Shown: positions 50,306-60,493 of the stretch, in pieces
How positions within the stretch are numbered: position 1 is the stretch's first letter
Layout: the number at the start of each line of letters is the position of its first letter
Assembly: GCA_002898315.1 (NCBI GenBank)
Contig: BEHV01000001.1
Location: 196,620 to 260,619, forward strand
Reading direction: 5' to 3'
Length of the DNA: 64,000 nt
Source: a bacterium HR19
GTDB taxonomy: Bacteria; Calescibacteriota; Calescibacteriia; Calescibacteriales; Calescibacteriaceae
The notes under the pieces: model-generated
The model's database searches: none
Told to the model about the DNA's origin: nothing
Seen by the model: only the letters and a program-made list of their open reading frames with translations
Position numbers and translations under genes: made by a program

Positions 50306-52630
50306 ATGACTTCGCAGAAATTTCCTCTAAAATCTAAAATTTTATTTTATATAGTGTTCGGTCAGGAAAAATTTGAAGAGAAAACGAATCAAACAAGTAA
50401 AGAGAAGAAAATATTTCTGGTTGCACTTCCGAAAAGAGAACTATGCACAATAGAATCAGAAAACAAAAATCTTATAGGATACAGAGTGATAGTAGAGCTT
50501 GAAAAGAAAAAAGATATAGGTATAGTGATAAAGGAAATCAGTTCTGGCGAAAAGTTCAAGAAAGCCAAAAACTTTGAGATAGTAGATGAAATCCCACTGA
50601 TACCCCATAATTTGATAAAACTCTGTCTTGAAGTATCTGGAAGATATTTCGCACATATAAGCGATGTCATACCTCTTGCATGTCCAAGAAAATACTTTTC
50701 ACTTCAAGTAAAACTCAAAAAGAGCAAAAGCGAAAAAAACAAAAAAGAAAAAAATGAAAATTTAGAAGAGATAGAAAAGAACAGCGAGAGAAAAATAGGA
50801 AAAAGCGCTGAAAGGTTAATAGAAATTCTGAAAAACAAAAAGAAAATAACATTACACCAGGCAAAAGAAATAACCAAAATAGAAAAAATAATAGAGCTTG
50901 AAAAAAGCGGAATAATAGAGATAAAACCCGAAAAGAGAATAAGGGAAAAAGAAGAGATAATAAAAGAGATAAAAAAACAAACAAATGAAGAAGAGATTCC
51001 GGAAATTATATTATCTGATGAGCAGAATGTAGCACTCCAAAAAATTGCAGAAAAAAACGGAGTTTTTCTCATACACGGAGCAACAGGAAGCGGAAAAACA
51101 GAAGTATATATCAGAGCAATAAAAGAAACCCTTAAAAATAAAACCGAAGGAGAAGGAGCAATTTATTTACTCCCAGAAATATCAATAACAACCTTTCTCA
51201 TATCTAGAATAAAAAAACACTTCCCAAACGCTCTCGTTCTACACTCAGGATTGAAAGAGAAAGAAAGAGAGATAAACTGGTGGTCGGCAAGATATGGATA
51301 CTGTGATATTATAGTTGGAGCAAGGTCTGCGATATTTGCCCCGTTTGAAAAAGTAAAAATCATCGTAGTTGATGAAGAACACGACCACTCGTATAAACAA
51401 TCTCCCGAAGGAACGAATTCTTGCGTTTTTTATGATGCAAGAGAAGTAGCAGAAATCAGAGCTAAAATAGAAGGAGCAAAGCTTATATTCGGTTCAGCAA
51501 CACCATCAGTAGAAAGATATTTCAGAGCAAAGAACGAAGAGATAGAACTTATAGAGATGAAAAACAGAGTCCCCGGAATGTCTTTTCCTAAAAACAAAAT
51601 CATAGACCTCAATAAAAACAATTTTGACGAGTTCATATCGTTCCCACTTTCATACGAACTCAAAAATGAAATAGAAAAGAGAATTGAAAGAAGAGAAAAT
51701 GTGATACTTCTTTTCACAAGAAGGGGATGGGCTATATATGTTATGTGTATTGAGTGTGGAAAAAAATTCCAGTGTCGGCAATGCTCAAGGTATCTTGTAT
51801 ATCATAAAAAGGAAGGATTGGTCTGCCACTGGTGTGGTAAAACCTATCCTATACCTTCAACTTGTCCAAACTGTAATTCAGAAAACCTTGAACTTATAGG
51901 ATTCGGCACAGAGAGAATTGAAGAAGAACTCAAAAACCTGTTCAAAGTCCCGGTTTTCAGAATGGATTCGGATAACATAAAAAACGAAAGAAAAGCGAAG
52001 GAGATACTTGAAAAGTTTCAGAAAACAAATCCTGCAATACTTGTCGGAACTCAGATGGTCACAAAAGGATTTGATTTTCCTTCGGTATCTCTCGTGGGAG
52101 TTATATTGTGCGATACAGAGTTTATGCTTCCTGATTTCAGGGCAGACGAAAGAACATTTCAGATGATAATGCAAGTTTCGGGAAGAGCAGGAAGAAGAAT
52201 ATCTACGGGAAATGAAATATCAGAACACCTGAGCGTAATTCAAACTTTTTCACCAGAACACCCAATACTTCAATTTGCTGTTCAAAACGACTACAAAAAA
52301 TTCTTTGAAGAAGAAATAGAGAAAAGGAAAGAATTTTTACTTCCCCCGTTTTCAAGATTGGTATGCATCAGATTTTCCGGGAAAGATGAGAATAAATGCT
52401 GGGAAGTTGCGGAAAAATTCACAGAGAAAATAAGAGAAAACGACATAAGATGTGATGGTCCTTCAAAGTCCCTGAGGTATCTTGTATCTGGCAAGTTCAA
52501 CGTGAAAACAATAGCATATATATTTTCAGAACAAGAGATGAAGAAATTGAAGGAGATTTTCAGAATAAGTCAGTTTTTTTACTATGGGGTGAAAATATCG
52601 GTTGATGTAGAGCCGGAAAGCACAATTTAA
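50306..52630 (+). CDS. priA: Primosomal protein N' (replication-restart helicase PriA) with a Lys/Glu-rich low-complexity insert
   Basis: Walker A HGATGSGKTEVYI, DEEH box, the Cys4 zinc-binding region (CIECGKKFQCRQCSRY...CHWCG...CPNC), and a C-terminal domain. The insert is at ~res 130-230. Confidence 0.85.
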   Translation: MTSQKFPLKSKILFYIVFGQEKFEEKTNQTSKEKKIFLVALPKRELCTIESENKNLIGYRVIVELEKKKDIGIVIKEISSGEKFKKAKNFEIVDEIPLIPHNLIKLCLEVSGRYFAHISDVIPLACPRKYFSLQVKLKKSKSEKNKKEKNENLEEIEKNSERKIGKSAERLIEILKNKKKITLHQAKEITKIEKIIELEKSGIIEIKPEKRIREKEEIIKEIKKQTNEEEIPEIILSDEQNVALQKIAEKNGVFLIHGATGSGKTEVYIRAIKETLKNKTEGEGAIYLLPEISITTFLISRIKKHFPNALVLHSGLKEKEREINWWSARYGYCDIIVGARSAIFAPFEKVKIIVVDEEHDHSYKQSPEGTNSCVFYDAREVAEIRAKIEGAKLIFGSATPSVERYFRAKNEEIELIEMKNRVPGMSFPKNKIIDLNKNNFDEFISFPLSYELKNEIEKRIERRENVILLFTRRGWAIYVMCIECGKKFQCRQCSRYLVYHKKEGLVCHWCGKTYPIPSTCPNCNSENLELIGFGTERIEEELKNLFKVPVFRMDSDNIKNERKAKEILEKFQKTNPAILVGTQMVTKGFDFPSVSLVGVILCDTEFMLPDFRADERTFQMIMQVSGRAGRRISTGNEISEHLSVIQTFSPEHPILQFAVQNDYKKFFEEEIEKRKEFLLPPFSRLVCIRFSGKDENKCWEVAEKFTEKIRENDIRCDGPSKSLRYLVSGKFNVKTIAYIFSEQEMKKLKEIFRISQFFYYGVKISVDVEPESTI

Positions 52631-52655
52631 AATTGAGATGAAAAGGTATTGAAAT

Positions 52656-53303
52656 TCAAATTCTTATTCCTTCTTGTTTTATGACATCTTGTATCCACTT
52701 TTTCAAAACATCATATTTTTGAGCACCTACCAATCTATGTTTTCCAGAAGCAACAAGAGTTGGGACTCCTGTTATTGCGTAATCTTCGGCTTTTTGAAGG
52801 TCCTGAATTAAAAGTTCAAGAGTTGATCTATCTGTAAAGGCATCTATCCATTTTTTCAGGTCAAGCCCTACATCTTTTGCACAAAGAAGAAGGACCTCAA
52901 AATCGGCTATATTCAGACACTCTGTAAGATGAGCTTTCTGGATTCTATCAAAAATATCCCAGTGTGCATCTTGACCTCCGATAACCTCAGCAGCTTTACA
53001 AGCTATAAGACCAGGGAGAGAATAAGGGTAGTCAAACTCTCTTTTTTCCATAAGGTCAGCGTTTATTCTGTGTTCGTCATCGTTCTGGTTTGCAGCACGC
53101 CAGTGAGATAGAATCTCTTTCTTACCATTTTCTTTTGAGCCAAATATCTGCTCTATTGATTCAGGAGTAGGAGCAAGAGCAAACGCCCTATGAACAACCT
53201 TTATAGGAAACTCACTTGCCAACCTCCTCACTCTTGGAGAAATAGCATAACACCAAGCACAAAGAACATCATGAAAAAACTCCACCTCTATATAGTTTTG
53301 CAT
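52656..53303 (-). CDS. DsbA-family thiol-disulfide oxidoreductase (FrnE-like)
   Basis: Thioredoxin-fold CxxC at FHDVLCAWCY, and DsbA-like length. Confidence 0.7.
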   Translation of the reverse strand: MQNYIEVEFFHDVLCAWCYAISPRVRRLASEFPIKVVHRAFALAPTPESIEQIFGSKENGKKEILSHWRAANQNDDEHRINADLMEKREFDYPYSLPGLIACKAAEVIGGQDAHWDIFDRIQKAHLTECLNIADFEVLLLCAKDVGLDLKKWIDAFTDRSTLELLIQDLQKAEDYAITGVPTLVASGKHRLVGAQKYDVLKKWIQDVIKQEGIRI

Positions 53304-53369
53304 AGCAATATAAGTTTAAAAATTTCTTTCACATATTTGCTTTTTTTGAGAGAGCTTTGAAAAGAAACA

Positions 53370-55385
53370 TCAGAAATCAATATCGTAAGCAAATTGATAT
53401 AGAGCTAAAATTGAGCTGGCAACTGTCCATCCCGTAGCAGATGTTATATTGAACTCCCCTTTCCCACCATAACCATAATCCCACCATGTCTGCTGAATCA
53501 CCTCTGGAACCACACCGTAAGGAACTCCTTTTATGCTCCCCTCGGAAGAAGGAATTAAAAAAGATACAGCGTTTATCATCATGGAAACCATTTCTTGCAA
53601 TCTTTTTTTCTCCGGTTCTTGTAGGTATTTTGAGAAGTTCAGGACCATTTTCGGGAAGAAAAAGAGATATACATCTACATGGATGTTTTCAACGCTGACG
53701 CTTGAAAGTCCAAGAGTATTTAGATTGATTTTGGAAAATGTTTGAGATGGCTCAAACGGAACAGACCAGAGATAAAACCACCACAAAGATGAGTATAAAG
53801 AGCGTTTTGCACATGAAAAATACTTCTCATACCCCAGCTCTCTCAAAAGCATAAAGCATGATATAAAAGCCCATATTGATGCTTCTTTATCTTCACTGTT
53901 TGCGTCTATTGTTGAGCCGAAATATGAAAAATTCTCTACAAGACGAGATATAAAATCTCCAGCTCTCATAGCAGATTTTAAAAATCTCTCTTCCCCTGTT
54001 ATCTCATAAGCTTTGAGAAAAACCGGGACAGCAAATAATGTCCCAGCAGGAGAAGAATCATATACCCTACCGGAGAAACTATATGCTCTTGCAAAAGAAC
54101 CATCTTCTTGTTGTAGTTCAAGCATGGCTCTCGCACCAGATAAAAATTCATCTTTGAATAAATCTGTGTAGCTTTCGTCGTATTTATGAGCAAGATAAAA
54201 GGCAAGAAGCGACTCAAACTCTCTGCGAGTATAAAAAACATCTTTCAAAAATACAGGTGGAAGATTGCAAGGAGATTGAGAAGAAGGGTCAAAGCAATCT
54301 ATGAAGAACTTATTTATTTTACCATTTTTAGACCATGAAATCAAAACCTTCCTACCTTTTTCAATCAATATATCATCACCGAATTTTTTTCCAAGAAGTA
54401 TAGCGTTCGCTCCGTTCATAAGTGCCATTCCTGTAAAGCTTGATTCAATAAAAGGTACAAAAACATCTCCTGTCTCAAGAACAATAAAGGAGTAAAAACC
54501 AGCTATCTTATCTCCTTCATAGTAGTATCTCTGGAAAAAATGCTTCAGATTCCCAAGAAGGTTTATAAGTTTTGATTTATTCTCAATCACAGGAGATAAA
54601 GGGGGAGAAAAAACAGAGTTCTCTTTATATATGTCATAGACCAGTTCCCAAAGGTAACAAATCGCATCAGAGAAATTGTATCCGCTAATTTCTATAACAT
54701 AAAAAGTAATCTTTTTTTCGCCTTTGTAGAACGCTTTTTTATGGTTGAGCTGAACAAAATTGGTCAAAAATTTTCTCCTGTAAAAAATAGGATATTCTTC
54801 AAACGGAAAAACAATAAGTATCTGCTTTTTATCATAATCAAAACCGAGAGAAGATACATCTGTATCAACTATTATATTTTCGTCAGAAGAATCAATGTGT
54901 TCAGCTCTGGTGAAATCATATTTTGCAGGAATTTTCAAGATAGCCACACCTTCTTTTCTATTCTCATCAAAAGCAAAGACAAGAGGAACTGGCATTCTAT
55001 CTTCTCTGAAAAGCCACATCTTTGACCTCAAAATAGAATAAACTTTATCTTGAGAGAAGTTGTTTCCTTTTATCCAGATGCCGGGGACAAAAAATGTTAT
55101 ATGCTCGGAATAACCGGTGTTGAAAGCAATTGAGATAGAGGTAGGGAAATCTGACTTCAAATCACCCGAAACTTTCCATATCTTCAAATTTTCACTTTCT
55201 TTTTGTTTAGAAACTTCAAGGGAAAAATTTGCTGATTTTTTTTCTGATGGGTAAGGTTTCTCAGAAACTTCAAATCTTTTGAGAAAATCAACACTTTCTT
55301 TTACTTCTCTGAATATATCGCATCCCTGAAAAACGAACACAAACAAAAGTGTGAAAAATATTTTAGGTTCATGACGGAGAAGCAT
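53370..55385 (-). CDS. Hypothetical large lipoprotein (671 aa), third gene of the GH5 operon
   Basis: Signal peptide plus lipobox (VFQGCD). No identifiable catalytic motifs. Co-directional and tightly spaced with the upstream genes. Confidence 0.4.
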   Translation of the reverse strand: MLLRHEPKIFFTLLFVFVFQGCDIFREVKESVDFLKRFEVSEKPYPSEKKSANFSLEVSKQKESENLKIWKVSGDLKSDFPTSISIAFNTGYSEHITFFVPGIWIKGNNFSQDKVYSILRSKMWLFREDRMPVPLVFAFDENRKEGVAILKIPAKYDFTRAEHIDSSDENIIVDTDVSSLGFDYDKKQILIVFPFEEYPIFYRRKFLTNFVQLNHKKAFYKGEKKITFYVIEISGYNFSDAICYLWELVYDIYKENSVFSPPLSPVIENKSKLINLLGNLKHFFQRYYYEGDKIAGFYSFIVLETGDVFVPFIESSFTGMALMNGANAILLGKKFGDDILIEKGRKVLISWSKNGKINKFFIDCFDPSSQSPCNLPPVFLKDVFYTRREFESLLAFYLAHKYDESYTDLFKDEFLSGARAMLELQQEDGSFARAYSFSGRVYDSSPAGTLFAVPVFLKAYEITGEERFLKSAMRAGDFISRLVENFSYFGSTIDANSEDKEASIWAFISCFMLLRELGYEKYFSCAKRSLYSSLWWFYLWSVPFEPSQTFSKINLNTLGLSSVSVENIHVDVYLFFFPKMVLNFSKYLQEPEKKRLQEMVSMMINAVSFLIPSSEGSIKGVPYGVVPEVIQQTWWDYGYGGKGEFNITSATGWTVASSILALYQFAYDIDF

Positions 55386-55398
55386 AAGAAAAAATTAA

Positions 55399-56799
55399 TC
55401 AGAAGAAAAATTTGAGAGAAAATTCAGCGGAGTATACGAGAAGACGAAGGGCGCCTGCTGGATTGATTCTACTCGTAAAACTCACCGAAGCTCTTCCCGG
55501 AACAAAAAATATATTCCCGAAATCAAATCTCATGTCTTGCCCGAGCATATAACTGAAAATCAAATCTCCCTCTAAACCTATAAAGTTTGATTTCAGAGAG
55601 TTCTCACCAGATAGAGTCAGTCCCACACCTAAAACCGGGGTGATTTTGAAATTCTCTCCAAAAGGTAATTCAAACCACACATCAGGAACGAAAAATCCAG
55701 CTCTCATCAATCTGAACTGAGAGAAAACTTCAGCCATATTAAGGTCAAGATTATCTGACTTGAAGATGATTTCGTCTTCTGTGAGAAGCAGAGTTCTGCT
55801 CATTGATTTTCCTGAGTACAGGAAACCGAAATTAACTCCGTCTCTGTATGAGGGGTTATCTGGGCTGAGGAGCATCAGGTCTGCTCCGAATTTGCTTTTA
55901 CCTTTTTTTGCTAATGATAGCTGAAAAGCACCGGCAAGATGAAGTTCGTTTTCAAGACCGAAAGAGCTTTTTGTCAGAACTCCACCCTGCCCCGCCACTC
56001 CCCCTACAAAATAAAAATTATCTGAATCAAAAAGATAGCCAACTACAAGAGTTGAAACGAAAGAAGGTTTTCTCACAACCGAATTATCAAAAAGGTTGTA
56101 TATTCCTCCGAAGAAACCTTTGCCAGCAAAAGGAATTGTATCTCTTCTTGAAAATCCTCCTTCCGCATAAGCTAGGGAGAAGATGTAAGTATCGTTTATA
56201 AAGTTATTTGCAAAAAGCTCAATGCCTTCGTATGTCTGATCTGGAATCTGACCAAAGAACAACTGTAAATTCTCTTTTTCAAACCTAACTCCTCCAATCC
56301 AGTGTCTCACGAAAATTGCTATAGGGTCAGAGAAATATTGGTATCCGGCTTTCACATTAAATCCAGATAAAATGAGGTCGGAGTACAGCTGTCTGGCGAA
56401 AATGAAAATCTGTCTTCCAGCTTGGGCATCCGGTCTGCCGATATTGAAGTTCCTGCTCCATATATTAAATCCCAAAAGGAATTCAAGTGCAAAGAGTTTA
56501 TTCTCTCCTGAGATGAAGGAGAATTTTGGTTCTGCGTATGTTCCGAGAACGCCAGCGGTCTGTCCCCACGGCTCATAAAATGACGGAGTTCTCTCAAAAT
56601 CTCTATCTGTTTTGAAAATCAGGAAGTTCTGAAAATAACCCGAAAAATCAAATTTCTTCTCATCAGTCAAACCATCAGAAGAATAGAAAGTCAGAACAAA
56701 AGAGAGAAGTAAAATCTCTATCCAAAACGGTTTACTTCTTGTTTTCTCGTTCAATTTTGCTATGTGTTTTTTTTCTCCGTCCATCATAATCACCCCCAC
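55399..56799 (-). CDS. Predicted outer-membrane beta-barrel protein (porin/FadL-like)
   Basis: N-terminal signal/anchor, amphipathic beta-strand periodicity throughout, and a C-terminal ...SLKFFF with terminal Phe, the classic OMP sorting signature. Confidence 0.55.
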   Translation of the reverse strand: MGVIMMDGEKKHIAKLNEKTRSKPFWIEILLLSFVLTFYSSDGLTDEKKFDFSGYFQNFLIFKTDRDFERTPSFYEPWGQTAGVLGTYAEPKFSFISGENKLFALEFLLGFNIWSRNFNIGRPDAQAGRQIFIFARQLYSDLILSGFNVKAGYQYFSDPIAIFVRHWIGGVRFEKENLQLFFGQIPDQTYEGIELFANNFINDTYIFSLAYAEGGFSRRDTIPFAGKGFFGGIYNLFDNSVVRKPSFVSTLVVGYLFDSDNFYFVGGVAGQGGVLTKSSFGLENELHLAGAFQLSLAKKGKSKFGADLMLLSPDNPSYRDGVNFGFLYSGKSMSRTLLLTEDEIIFKSDNLDLNMAEVFSQFRLMRAGFFVPDVWFELPFGENFKITPVLGVGLTLSGENSLKSNFIGLEGDLIFSYMLGQDMRFDFGNIFFVPGRASVSFTSRINPAGALRLLVYSAEFSLKFFF

Positions 56800-56822
56800 T
56801 TAACTAAAAAGTTAAAAAATCT

Positions 56823-59513
56823 TTATTTTTTCTTTCTTGATATTATAACATCTTCCTTTACAAAGTAGTCCCAATCATCAAACGGTTCTCCTTTTCCACC
56901 AGATATTATCGGACCCCTTATAATTATTTTGTGTGTAAATCCCGGCTGGTCTGCGGTATTATACCAGTATAATCTGAAATTCTTGTGATCATACATAATA
57001 TAACCATCAGATACCCAAACGAAAAATCCATCAGGATAGTATATGTAGTATGGTATGAAAATCTCTGTTGGCTCATCGGTTTCTTTGCTCTCGTATTCAA
57101 GAAGGAACTCTCCGACAGGATTCAAAATTCCCTTATCTGGGTCAAAGTAGTGATATTTTGTGAAAAACCTCATAGATTTCGGTTTGCCTGCTAAAAATCT
57201 CGGGTATGGACGTGAATAAATCTCGTATCCTCTTGGCACAAGATATGTTTTTTCATCTATCTTGGCTATGTACGGGTCTCCCTCGCAGGTTGGGGATTTT
57301 ATACCTTTGCAGTTTTCAGCAGGAACTGGCTCAACAATAGAGAAGTTCTCTGCATTCCATCCTTCTCCTCTCCAATCATTATTCTCCCACGACCAGCACC
57401 AGAGAATCCTTGATTGAAAGAGTTCATCTAACGCCTCGTAGTAATCGTTAAGAATGAATTTAGGTATTATAAAGTTCTCATTCCTTGCGTTCATAACCGC
57501 ACCTTGCCAGATGTTATCAACTTCAACCTCACTCTCCCCTGCTCTGATTCTATATTTTCCGCCAGAGAAATACACATCTGTTGTTGAGAGAGAAAAGTAA
57601 GTCCCGAATTCACCAAGCACAGCGGGAATACTTCCCATATACTTTCTCGCCGAAGAAATCATGCCATATATTGAATTTTTATATTCGCTTGCTTTTCTTC
57701 TTTTCTCGGAAACCTTGAAAACCCTATAAGGAGAGTTAAAGCCGGGGAACGGATATATATCTGCATACCAATGAGGAGCATAAACAACCTGAACCAAATC
57801 AGGTCTAAAATATGGGAGGTCAAAGTAAGTTTCGCTCTGACTGCCTCCTGTAACGAAGTTCAAAAGCGCTTCAATAGAAGATATTGTAGGTTCAACAAAA
57901 ATTATAGCGTCTTTATCTTCTTCTTGAATTGCTTTGCCCATCCTTTCGTGGAAAGGCAGTAGATAATTTCTGTTGAAAGCATAGTTCAATCCGAGTATAG
58001 CTAAAAGGTTCGCCTTGTCAAATCCCCAAATTCTTTTTATATCTTCTCTGTTTTTTTCTTCAACGGGTGGTAAAATTCCAACGCCTGTAAGAATATCAAC
58101 AAGGTCTTCTGAAAACTGCTTATCAGCGAAAATTGTGTTGAGTATATTCACAACTCCTTCTTTTGAACCCAATTGCAAGTATGCCGCTGCAAGGGTTAAG
58201 ATAAGGAAAAACCCCGATGGTTCATTCATAAGGTCGTATCCTAAAACATTCGGATAATCTTTAACTCTTTTTGCTATCTCTCTCCACATTCTCTCGTATG
58301 CAGATTGAAGATATTCTTGAATGTTTTTATTACCCACCTTGAGTCCCGGATAAGCATCTTTTCCTGCAAAAAACGCAGCCCACGCTCTCTGAACATCTAA
58401 TGAGGTTATAACATCTACACCCCAGTTTGTGAAAGGAAGCATATCTGTTGTATTTTTTATTATCTCTTCGTCAGAAAGACCAGTTATAGGAACAGGGAAG
58501 TTCTTGAGACCTTCTCCCAAAAAGTTCAGAATAAAATCACGAACAGTATAATTTCCTTTATCATCTTTTCCACCCAGTAGTTCTCCTATATTTTTGTCAA
58601 ACTTTTTTGCAACTCTGACTATTTTTTCCCAGTTCTGATTATCTCTTATGAAGTTGTAGAGGAAGAAAACTATTCTTGGATAACCCCAGAGAGGGGAATC
58701 AAGGTTTCTTTCAGGGAATATAGCTTGAACAGCCCATTTAGGGAACATATTACCTCTAACAGCATTATTGTAAGGTGAATCTATATCTTTTCCCATGCAC
58801 TTATTTTTTCCGGGATTTGGCACAAGAGCCCCGATAAGTTCCGCTATTGGCAACACCCCTCCAAGTCCTCCCATTCCACCTGAACCTACGCTCAGAAAAC
58901 CTCTTATTTGTTTTACGATTGGAGATTCAGTATCGTTGAAACGAGAGATAAAAAATCTTGAAAAAACCGCATCTGTGTGAGAGTCAAGAAGAACATAAAT
59001 ATCGTATTCCCATGCTTTCTCAACAATTTTGGCTATGTAGTCAAGGTATTGTGTATCTATTTTATCTGGACTTTCTGGCATCACTCCCTCAAATGAGATG
59101 ATAAGCCTTATTGAGTTGAACCCGAGGTTTTTTATTTGTCTGAAGTAATCATCTGCTTTGTCAAGAGGGAACGGCTTGCCGACATAGGTTGGAACTCCAT
59201 TAACCTTGAAAGTGCAAGGGTCCTCATTCACAGGGAATTTATTGCTACCTGATACATTTACTCCGTGTAAAAAAACATACCTTCCCTTTTGGTCTTTTAT
59301 ATACGGAAGCCAATCAACGCAAAATTCTTTGTAATTTTCTGGCGGAGGGCAGTAAGGTCTCCCATCTTGTCCAACACAGCATACAGAAACCCTTGATAAT
59401 CTCTGATTTTTATATTCTCTTTTACCGCAACTGTGAAGGGAAAAAAGCGAAGTAGCCAGAGCTATAATTATGATTTTTCTATAATTTTTTCCCATAATTT
59501 TTTCAGTTATCAT
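56823..59513 (-). CDS. Glycoside hydrolase family 5 lipoprotein (896 aa, multi-domain)
   Basis: Lipobox LHSCG. The GH5 catalytic signatures are the acid/base ...YDLMNEPSGF (NEP) and the nucleophile ...VLGEFGTYF (GEFG), with the His/Tyr context (LLDSHTD, HWY). Confidence 0.6.
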   Translation of the reverse strand: MITEKIMGKNYRKIIIIALATSLFSLHSCGKREYKNQRLSRVSVCCVGQDGRPYCPPPENYKEFCVDWLPYIKDQKGRYVFLHGVNVSGSNKFPVNEDPCTFKVNGVPTYVGKPFPLDKADDYFRQIKNLGFNSIRLIISFEGVMPESPDKIDTQYLDYIAKIVEKAWEYDIYVLLDSHTDAVFSRFFISRFNDTESPIVKQIRGFLSVGSGGMGGLGGVLPIAELIGALVPNPGKNKCMGKDIDSPYNNAVRGNMFPKWAVQAIFPERNLDSPLWGYPRIVFFLYNFIRDNQNWEKIVRVAKKFDKNIGELLGGKDDKGNYTVRDFILNFLGEGLKNFPVPITGLSDEEIIKNTTDMLPFTNWGVDVITSLDVQRAWAAFFAGKDAYPGLKVGNKNIQEYLQSAYERMWREIAKRVKDYPNVLGYDLMNEPSGFFLILTLAAAYLQLGSKEGVVNILNTIFADKQFSEDLVDILTGVGILPPVEEKNREDIKRIWGFDKANLLAILGLNYAFNRNYLLPFHERMGKAIQEEDKDAIIFVEPTISSIEALLNFVTGGSQSETYFDLPYFRPDLVQVVYAPHWYADIYPFPGFNSPYRVFKVSEKRRKASEYKNSIYGMISSARKYMGSIPAVLGEFGTYFSLSTTDVYFSGGKYRIRAGESEVEVDNIWQGAVMNARNENFIIPKFILNDYYEALDELFQSRILWCWSWENNDWRGEGWNAENFSIVEPVPAENCKGIKSPTCEGDPYIAKIDEKTYLVPRGYEIYSRPYPRFLAGKPKSMRFFTKYHYFDPDKGILNPVGEFLLEYESKETDEPTEIFIPYYIYYPDGFFVWVSDGYIMYDHKNFRLYWYNTADQPGFTHKIIIRGPIISGGKGEPFDDWDYFVKEDVIISRKKK

Positions 59514-59602
59514 TTTTTACGAATTTTAGCAATTTTTTTGTAAGTTATCATCTTTTTTCGGTAAGCTCGGAAAAAGCAAAAAAAGGATTTATGATTATTT
59601 GA

Positions 59603-60487
59603 ATGCAAAACAATAAAAATTTTTCAGATTTGATCAATATGAAGCCGAAAGTAAATTTATCTGCAACACACGAGATAAAAAAAATTTTGAGAAATTACAA
59701 ACTATTTACTGTATGTGAGGAATCATTATGTCCGAACATTTCGGAGTGCTTCGGCGAAAGAAAAACAGCAACATTTTTACTTCTCGGAAAATACTGCACG
59801 AGATATTGCTCATTCTGCGCCATAGGAAAAATGAAAAAACCTCCCCCACCTGACCCAGATGAGATAACAAATCTCAAAAAGGCAGTTCAAGAGATGAAAT
59901 TAAAATATGTCGTCTTAACATCTGTAAACAGAGACGATTTAGAAGATGGTGGAGCGGAACACCTTGCAAAATGCATATCAGAAGTCAAAAAACTCGGAGC
60001 GATAGTTGAAATACTTTCTCCCGACCTCAAATACAAAACTGAAAATTTAGACATAGTACTTTCAGCAAAACCAGATGTTTTTGCACACGATATAGAAACC
60101 GTACCATCACTATACCCGAAAGTCAGACCAAAAGGGAACTTTGAAAAATCTCTCTTCCTCCTCAGATATGCAAAAGAAAAAGGTTTCATAACAAAAACAT
60201 CAATAATAGTAGGTCTTGGAGAGAAAAAAAGCGAGCTATTTGAGACAATAGAGAAGGTGAGAAAGTATGCTATGTGTGATATTTTGGTTGTGGGTCAATA
60301 CTTTCAGCCATCTCTCTCAAAGAATCAAAAAGCATATCAATTAGACGAAAGCATATGGGAAGAGCTGGAAGTTTTCTGCCGAAATATGGAATTCAAAAGT
60401 TTCATAGTTGGACCAAGAGCAAGGAGCTCTTATCTTGCAGACGTCGGATTTGAAAACATAAAAGGCAAGGCAGAACTTCCCGCATAA
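59603..60487 (+). CDS. lipA: Lipoyl synthase. The start is probably ATG at 59640.
   Basis: Radical-SAM CxxxCxxC (CTRYCSFC) and the auxiliary-cluster Cys motif (CEESLCPNISEC). Confidence 0.85.
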   Translation: MQNNKNFSDLINMKPKVNLSATHEIKKILRNYKLFTVCEESLCPNISECFGERKTATFLLLGKYCTRYCSFCAIGKMKKPPPPDPDEITNLKKAVQEMKLKYVVLTSVNRDDLEDGGAEHLAKCISEVKKLGAIVEILSPDLKYKTENLDIVLSAKPDVFAHDIETVPSLYPKVRPKGNFEKSLFLLRYAKEKGFITKTSIIVGLGEKKSELFETIEKVRKYAMCDILVVGQYFQPSLSKNQKAYQLDESIWEELEVFCRNMEFKSFIVGPRARSSYLADVGFENIKGKAELPA

Positions 60488-60493
60488 ATTCAC

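Noticed and set aside
50704-51072. Two overlapping minus-strand ORFs (122 and 89 aa) rich in F/S/L inside priA
   Set aside because: These are antisense of the K/E-rich PriA insert (AAA/GAA codons read as TTT/TTC), so they are not genes.
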